Below the pieces are notes generated by a model. That model was given only the letters and a program-made list of their open reading frames with translations, was not told the origin of the DNA and did not search any database. Below are positions 58,285-64,000 of a DNA stretch of 64,000 bases, piece after piece. The stretch lies in assembly GCA_000004985.1 (NCBI GenBank), contig GG738855.1, one strand, 5' to 3'. The position numbers and the translations under genes are program-made. Within the stretch, counting starts at the first letter, position 1. Each line of letters begins with the position of its first letter. Source of the DNA: Naegleria gruberi (taxonomy: Eukaryota).

Positions 58285-61200
58285 TTAAGGTTTATTGAAT
58301 TGTTGCTTGTCAACTTTCTTCATAATATAGTCAACAAGTACAGATGAGTATCTTTCTAACATATCAGACACTTCAACTTGCTTTAAATCTGTTGAATTAA
58401 GGTTATTGTTACTCGAGTCCAAACCACTCACTGATGGGAATACAAATTGAGAATGGCTATTGGACATACTAGCACTTTGGCTCATTCTGACATTCATTTG
58501 AGCAACCATTTTCTGGAACGAAGAAAGAATCTCTAATGATGTTTCAGAATGGGATACTGATAGTTTTTCCATCTCTTGCATAGTATCCTCAAATACGCTT
58601 GTTAATTTGGCGATATTATTCTTTATCTTTCCAACAGAATCCAATCTTGGAGAATGAATTTGAACCATGTCAGACTGATCGAGTCTTGTTTCCTCAGTTT
58701 TTCCATACTCTACAGTGTCATCATAAGAAGTGAGGGCCAGTTGAGGGGAGTTAAATATAGGATTTGGTAAGTTGTTATTTACAACTGGACTTGTTTTCTT
58801 AGGAACTGGAATGGAAGCAATCTCTTCTTCAGCTGTGTGTGCAGCATTCATTATTTGAAGCATTTCTTCATCTTGTTCTGGTTCTTCGTCCTCAGATTCT
58901 TCAGCAACTTCATGCTTGGAGAGAACTTCTTTAAAGTCATTAAGTTTCTTGTTGATTTCCTCCTTTGAAACCTTGAAGGCTGGTTTTATCTCGTCGGTTT
59001 TGAGACTAGTCTCACATTCATCCCTGAGTTGTTTGACAACAGAATCTAAAGTAAATCTCTCTGCAGATTGCTCAACTTTAGCCAACTCCATTGAGTGTTT
59101 GAACGAAGAGCTGATACTAGCTCTCATAAATGATGGTATTGCTAAAGGTTTTACAAGATCTTCTTCCAATTGCTTAGATACCATCTTTGAGTACTCTCCT
59201 TCATCATCTTCACTATCTTCATCATCGCTTGCTGCTTCTAAATCTCCAAGTTCGATAGACTCAGAAACATTGTCAGATTGAGATATAATATTTACATCAT
59301 TGACTTCTTCCAATGGAGCCTTTTCAATTGAAATTTCTGCAACATGTTCATTTTCTGCAACCTGGAAGCTGGTATCTGCTGAATTTTCATTTGAATCAAA
59401 GATAATTTCTTCTTCCGATACATCATCATCACTTAGATCCAAACTTTCAGTATCAGACTCCTCCAGTATATGTTCCTCAGAGTTGACAAGATCGTCATCG
59501 TGGTGAATAATAATTGGAAGAACTGGTCTTTTGTAGGTGAGAGATCGTTCCGTATCACTAATATTTGATGCCAACTTGAATCCATCTCTCTCCACTTGTC
59601 CCCATTTTGATAATGGTTGCAACTTATCGTCTTCATAGACCTTTGGAGACAAGGAGTTCTTGGTCCAATGTGATAAACTTGGTGAGCTCTCTTCAGTTTG
59701 TGATGGTTGTTCATCCTTATTTCCAAGATCAAATTGTTTGCTGAGTGATTTAACTAAATCAGAGGAAGCCAATCCTCTTGAAGAAGGTGGAGAAGGTAAG
59801 TTAAAGTCTATCATTGGTGATTTAATTTCTTCCTCCAGTTTTGACAATTGAATAGGCACAATAGTTTCCTTTGGAAGTGGAATTGGAGGGACTGGGGTCG
59901 AAACAATCTTTTCAATTTCTGAAAGCCTTTCTTGCATGTTCTTAGACAATTTGGTTCCAATACTCCAGATAAATATGCAGCCATCAGCTGAAGTGGTAAT
60001 TAACCTCTTCAAATCAGGAGTAAAGTTAATTGAAGTAATAACGTCAGAGTGACCTTTAACTCTTGCAATAGACACCTTTTTGTAGAATGAGTAAACTCTC
60101 AAATGCTTATCTGAAGCACTTGTAACAGCTAAAATACCTGCAGGACAAAGCTTAACTCTGAGTGGATCAGCATTATCACAACCAGTCTTAACTGGCTTTG
60201 GATCTTTTGTGTCAATATATTGTTTACATTTACCAGAGTCAATGTCATAAATATTAATCTTCTTTCCTTGACCAGCAGTAACAGCCCATTTACCAGTAAC
60301 ATCAGCGTCAAGATCGAAAACAGAGAATGGAGAGGGTGTTTGTTGGTATCTGACAACTCTAACGGATTTCTTTTGAGGGACATCTTCAACTCTTCTGAAA
60401 ACTACCGACTTATCAGCTCCCACACTCACAAGTTTAAGGGAATCACCAGTTGGTTTTTGAGTGCTGAGAGTGAATTTAATTGACGTCACAGAGGAGCTGT
60501 GATCATCCAATGTTTGAACAACTTCAGTTTTTCCATCTTTCATTCTGTATAAGTGAATCATTCTATCTCTACTTCCAGAACCAAACAAAACGTCCCCATT
60601 TTGTGTTTGATAGGAATCAATGCAAAGAACTTCAGACTCATGAGCAAATTCGTCATACTTGGAATCAAAGTTGAATACGTCATGCACTCTGACATGTCCT
60701 TGTTTGTCTCCTGAAATGATATTGCAACCATCTGGAGAGAATCTAACACTTCTAATACCTCCTTCAACAGTCTTGTCATTTGGTGGAATATGAAGAACGG
60801 CAAGAAGATCTTTACAGAATGCACTCTTGCCAGCAACAGAAGATCTGATATTTTCCTCTTGCTCACCAGTTTCTAAATTCCAAAATCTAATAGTATTATC
60901 TGCAGAGCATGTTGCAAAAGTGTTTTGAGGGAAAGGGGATTTTGAATTTCTTGGAAGAACATCTGCTCCCCAGATGCAACCAGAATGGCTAATGAATGAT
61001 CTGTATTTGCAGATAGATTGAAGATTTGAAATGTCCCAAACGAAGAAGCTTCTATCATCATACATTACAGAAATCTTATCTCCGAATATTCCACAAACAA
61101 TAGCATTAGGGGCATCTATTTCAGAAGAAGTTGGTTTGATGTAACTCTTATTAACGCTCGAAAATACGCTCCTCAATGTAATGTGAGCTGTAGATGGAGG

Positions 61201-62249
61201 AGGTTCAGGAAGAGTTTTCTTGAATTGTAAAGTTTTTGTCTCGAACAATCTTACAACACCCTTAGCACATGAAATGGCAACATATTTTTCTGCAACTGAA
61301 ACGCAGTATGCTCTCCCAACTTTGATATTGACCCAACTTTGAAGTTCCTTTGATTTTGGATCTACTTTACATAAAATACCATCCATTGTGACAGCATAAA
61401 CCTCAGCAGTGTCATTTCTTTTGATTGTTAAAGAGAAGGGATATGGTTAATTACTTACTTTCCTCTGAAGGCAATAGAAACAAAGTTAGCTTGCTTCCAA
61501 ACATCAAGGTTTGTCGAGACTGATTGAACAGAGAAAAGTTTTGCTGATCTAGAAATTGACCAAAATCTAACAAATCCTTTTCCTACAGTAATAAATCCAT
61601 TATCGTCACTAGGTGAGAGAATTAAATCATTTGTTTCATCAACAGTTTTTGAAAATTTCAATTCGGCCTTTCCTCCAGCTGAGATATCCCAAATTTTCAA
61701 TTCATTTTCAAAGCCAACACTTAAAACTAATTTGGAATCTTTTGAGAAGCAAATATTCTTGACTTCATTTTGATGACCTTTTTCTTTGCTCTTTAGTTCA
61801 CTGAAAATTTTTGGTTTTGTTTCTTCAAATGTTTGAGCAAACACTTGATGTAGGTCCCAAACAACAATTGATGGTTTTGGTCCTTTTTCACCTGCTGCTA
61901 AATATTGACCACATTTCGAAAATGCAATACAATTGAAAGCCTTGTTTGATGTTGGATGTTCTAAAAACCTAAGTTGCTTATTCCTCTTAACATTATAAAC
62001 TACAACAATAGTGCCTGCCAAGTATGCAACCACTTCCGAATTCATGCTGCTATTACCTCCGATCATTAATGGCAGAGCTCCACTTGTAGGAAACAATGAC
62101 GGATGCAATTTAAAAGATTGCGAATTGAGGACAGTACTTCCGATAATTCTCTCTAATTTAAAACTTTCTCCCCCAGAAGCAAAAGAACCTTTTTTAACTG
62201 ATTTTAATGAAGAGGGGTTCTTCTTTACATTCCTATCACCGAGGTCCAT
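58285..62249 (-). CDS. WDR62/MAPKBP1-like WD40-repeat scaffold protein, two exons
   Basis: Exon 1 (61459-62249) begins the WD propeller with VVAYLAGTIVVVYNVKRNKQLRFLEHP...AFSKCGQYLAAGEKGPKPSIVVWD...VRFW, colinear with the WDR62/MAPKBP1 N-terminus. A 41-nt intron (61418-61458, GTAAGT donor) follows. Exon 2 (58285-61417) continues the WD repeats and then a long acidic/Ser-rich C-terminal half. Confidence 0.75.
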
Positions 62250-62524
62250 TTTCTATTATGTTGTATTCGTGATTATTATTTCTTTCCGCAAAACGGTCCT
62301 CAATAAATGCTGATTGAATTTTTTTTTGATGAAAATTATTTGTAGTTTGTATGGCGGCATTGTATTAAATGATACACAGATACACACTTCAATTAAAATA
62401 GAACAATCGATTTTTATTATTATTTTTGTAAACAATAATTCGAATATTCTAAAAGAATTTTAGAATAAATTAGGGTTTACAATTTATTGAGTTAGTTTAA
62501 AGATTTCCTAAATATTAATTGGAA

Positions 62525-63427
62525 TTATTGAGAGTAAGTTTTTTTGGCCTCCAAAATTCTACCAATATTATCCAACAAGACATGGAAATTTGGAGCTGAT
62601 ATTAACTCTGATATTGAAACAGGTTTTCCATTATTCGAATTGTTTAGTTTTGAAACAAGTGATTGAAGAACGACAACTGCTCCATGTTGCCCATATAATT
62701 GAGAAATTTGCTGTAATATTTGAGTGAGTTTCCTTTCTTTGTTGAGATGATGTTCTTTAGTTTTTTGCTGATGAAATTGAAATAATTCCCATTCACTATT
62801 GAGTTCATCTGCTGATATTGGTGTGAGAGGTAAAAGACCATCCCAACTGTAATTAATAGTAAATGGTTTTAATGAAGGAGGATACAGTTTTTGGCCTAAT
62901 TGAGCATCTAGGAAGGTGCTATTTGGTAGTGGTTGTAAATTCGAATCGGTTGAAATATTCGAAGGGATGTGTATGATGTTGTTGTCATCAGAGGAAACTA
63001 GTTGATTATTCATATTATTATTATTGAAAGGAATGATGTATGGTTGAAAGGTGGTGGTATTATTGTGGCTGTTATTATTACATGGAATGGAAGAAGATTG
63101 GATGTGGTAAATGTTCTGTTGGGGATTACTAGAATTTTGTAGTGGTTGGCAATTATTAGAAGAGAGAAGGTGATTTGGACATGTTGTTTTTTGTTGGCGG
63201 TATGTAAAGAGATGTTGATTGTTGGCAAACTCTGTATTACTTATGACGAAGAACTTTTGTGATGAATTAGAGTTATTTGTTGATGTTTGGTTATTCGTAT
63301 GGTGATGTTTTGATGTTGATGAATTGGAGTTATTTGTTGATGTTTGGTGCTGCACTGTTCTTGTATCATTATAAACCACTTGCATGCAAAATAAAAGGTA
63401 CGGTATTTTGTTTGAAAAGGGAATCAT
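62525..63427 (-). CDS. Hypothetical Asn/Gln/Ser-rich low-complexity protein
   Basis: 300-aa ORF with poly-N tracts and an internal tandem duplication (QTSTNNSNSS appears twice). The C-terminal ~120 aa is more complex. Function is unknown. Confidence 0.4.
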   Translation of the reverse strand: MIPFSNKIPYLLFCMQVVYNDTRTVQHQTSTNNSNSSTSKHHHTNNQTSTNNSNSSQKFFVISNTEFANNQHLFTYRQQKTTCPNHLLSSNNCQPLQNSSNPQQNIYHIQSSSIPCNNNSHNNTTTFQPYIIPFNNNNMNNQLVSSDDNNIIHIPSNISTDSNLQPLPNSTFLDAQLGQKLYPPSLKPFTINYSWDGLLPLTPISADELNSEWELFQFHQQKTKEHHLNKERKLTQILQQISQLYGQHGAVVVLQSLVSKLNNSNNGKPVSISELISAPNFHVLLDNIGRILEAKKTYSQ

Positions 63428-64000
63428 GTCAAACCTTGTTCCACCTTGTTGCTATTGTTGATACGAACATTTTCAAAAAGTTGTTGGCCATTAGTAGCTA
63501 GTTTTTAATTCGAGTTGGATTTGATAAGATGGTAATTTGTGTGTGATATGCCTTTATTTGTGATAGGACTGAAAGGGGCGTTTCAGTCTTCTTCAGTCTC
63601 TGCCTTATTTGAGGAGGAATTCTTGCATTAAGACTCAAAGAAATCAAATTGCCTTGATTCAAGAAACTATAATGTTGTGTTGATTTTTTGTTATGTATAA
63701 GTGTTAACGCCAAATGTCTTTAGGATTCTTCATTAACTCTTAAATCAAAGTATATGAATTTATAGCATTGAAGGATGAAGATTTTCTCGTATAATAATGC
63801 CAGATGGTCCTCTTAATAAGTAGTTCCAAGCTAAATACTCCTAACATTTATTTTCGAAAATAGGGCTCTTATAGATGGACTCTTAATAATGCAAACTGAT
63901 GATCCTTATTGCTTAGGCATAAATATTAAATCAAACAGATCAACAAATATTTTGCTCTGGCCAACTTTTCCCGCCACAAAAATTCTGTTTGAATTCCTTC

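Noticed and set aside
1-64000. Prokaryote-style novel systems (defence islands, CRISPR arrays, toxin-antitoxin pairs, operons, integrons)
   Set aside because: The window is eukaryotic nuclear DNA with spliced monocistronic genes. There are no direct-repeat/spacer arrays, no RT, integrase, transposase or Cas-like ORFs, and no rRNA or tRNA. The gene order shows no functional clustering beyond chance.

Overview
This window is not prokaryotic. It is gene-dense, AT-rich eukaryotic nuclear DNA from an unfinished assembly with three runs of N: 43218-43267, 45818-46294 and 51091-51140.

The evidence for a eukaryotic origin, all read directly from the sequence:
- ORFs use the standard genetic code.
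- Proteins are typically eukaryotic: SF3B1, SF3A3, a P4-ATPase flippase, site-1 protease, sterol 24-C-methyltransferase, ALG7, TyrRS, gamma/alpha-SNAP, NCS-1-like and WDR62/MAPKBP1-like.
- Many ORFs join in frame across tiny introns (about 36-60 nt) with GTAAGT or GTATGT donors and AG acceptors.
- Coding low complexity is abundant: poly-K, poly-N/Q, Ser/Thr runs and acidic tracts.
- Intergenic spacers are very short (35-400 bp), with many divergent and convergent gene pairs.

I infer that the source most resembles an amoebozoan of the social-amoeba (dictyostelid) kind, with GC about 30-35%. The pointers are the sterol methyltransferase, the homopolymer-rich proteins, the tiny introns and the compactness. 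This cannot be proven from the window.

About 30 protein-coding genes are annotated. No rRNA, tRNA, CRISPR array, transposon or prokaryotic-style defence or operon system is present.

The most notable items:
- a Siw14/PFA-DSP family phosphatase paralog whose catalytic CX5R arginine is replaced, making it a probable pseudophosphatase;
- a dual-specificity phosphatase whose catalytic fold is split by an in-frame low-complexity insert of about 190 aa;
- a flippase carrying an (AAG)n-encoded 13-lysine insert;
- an EF-hand-WD40 fusion gene;
- a non-metazoan site-1 protease (S1P) gene close to a sterol methyltransferase;
- a 1.8k-aa TPR-like protein with a possible separase/CHAT-like C-terminus.
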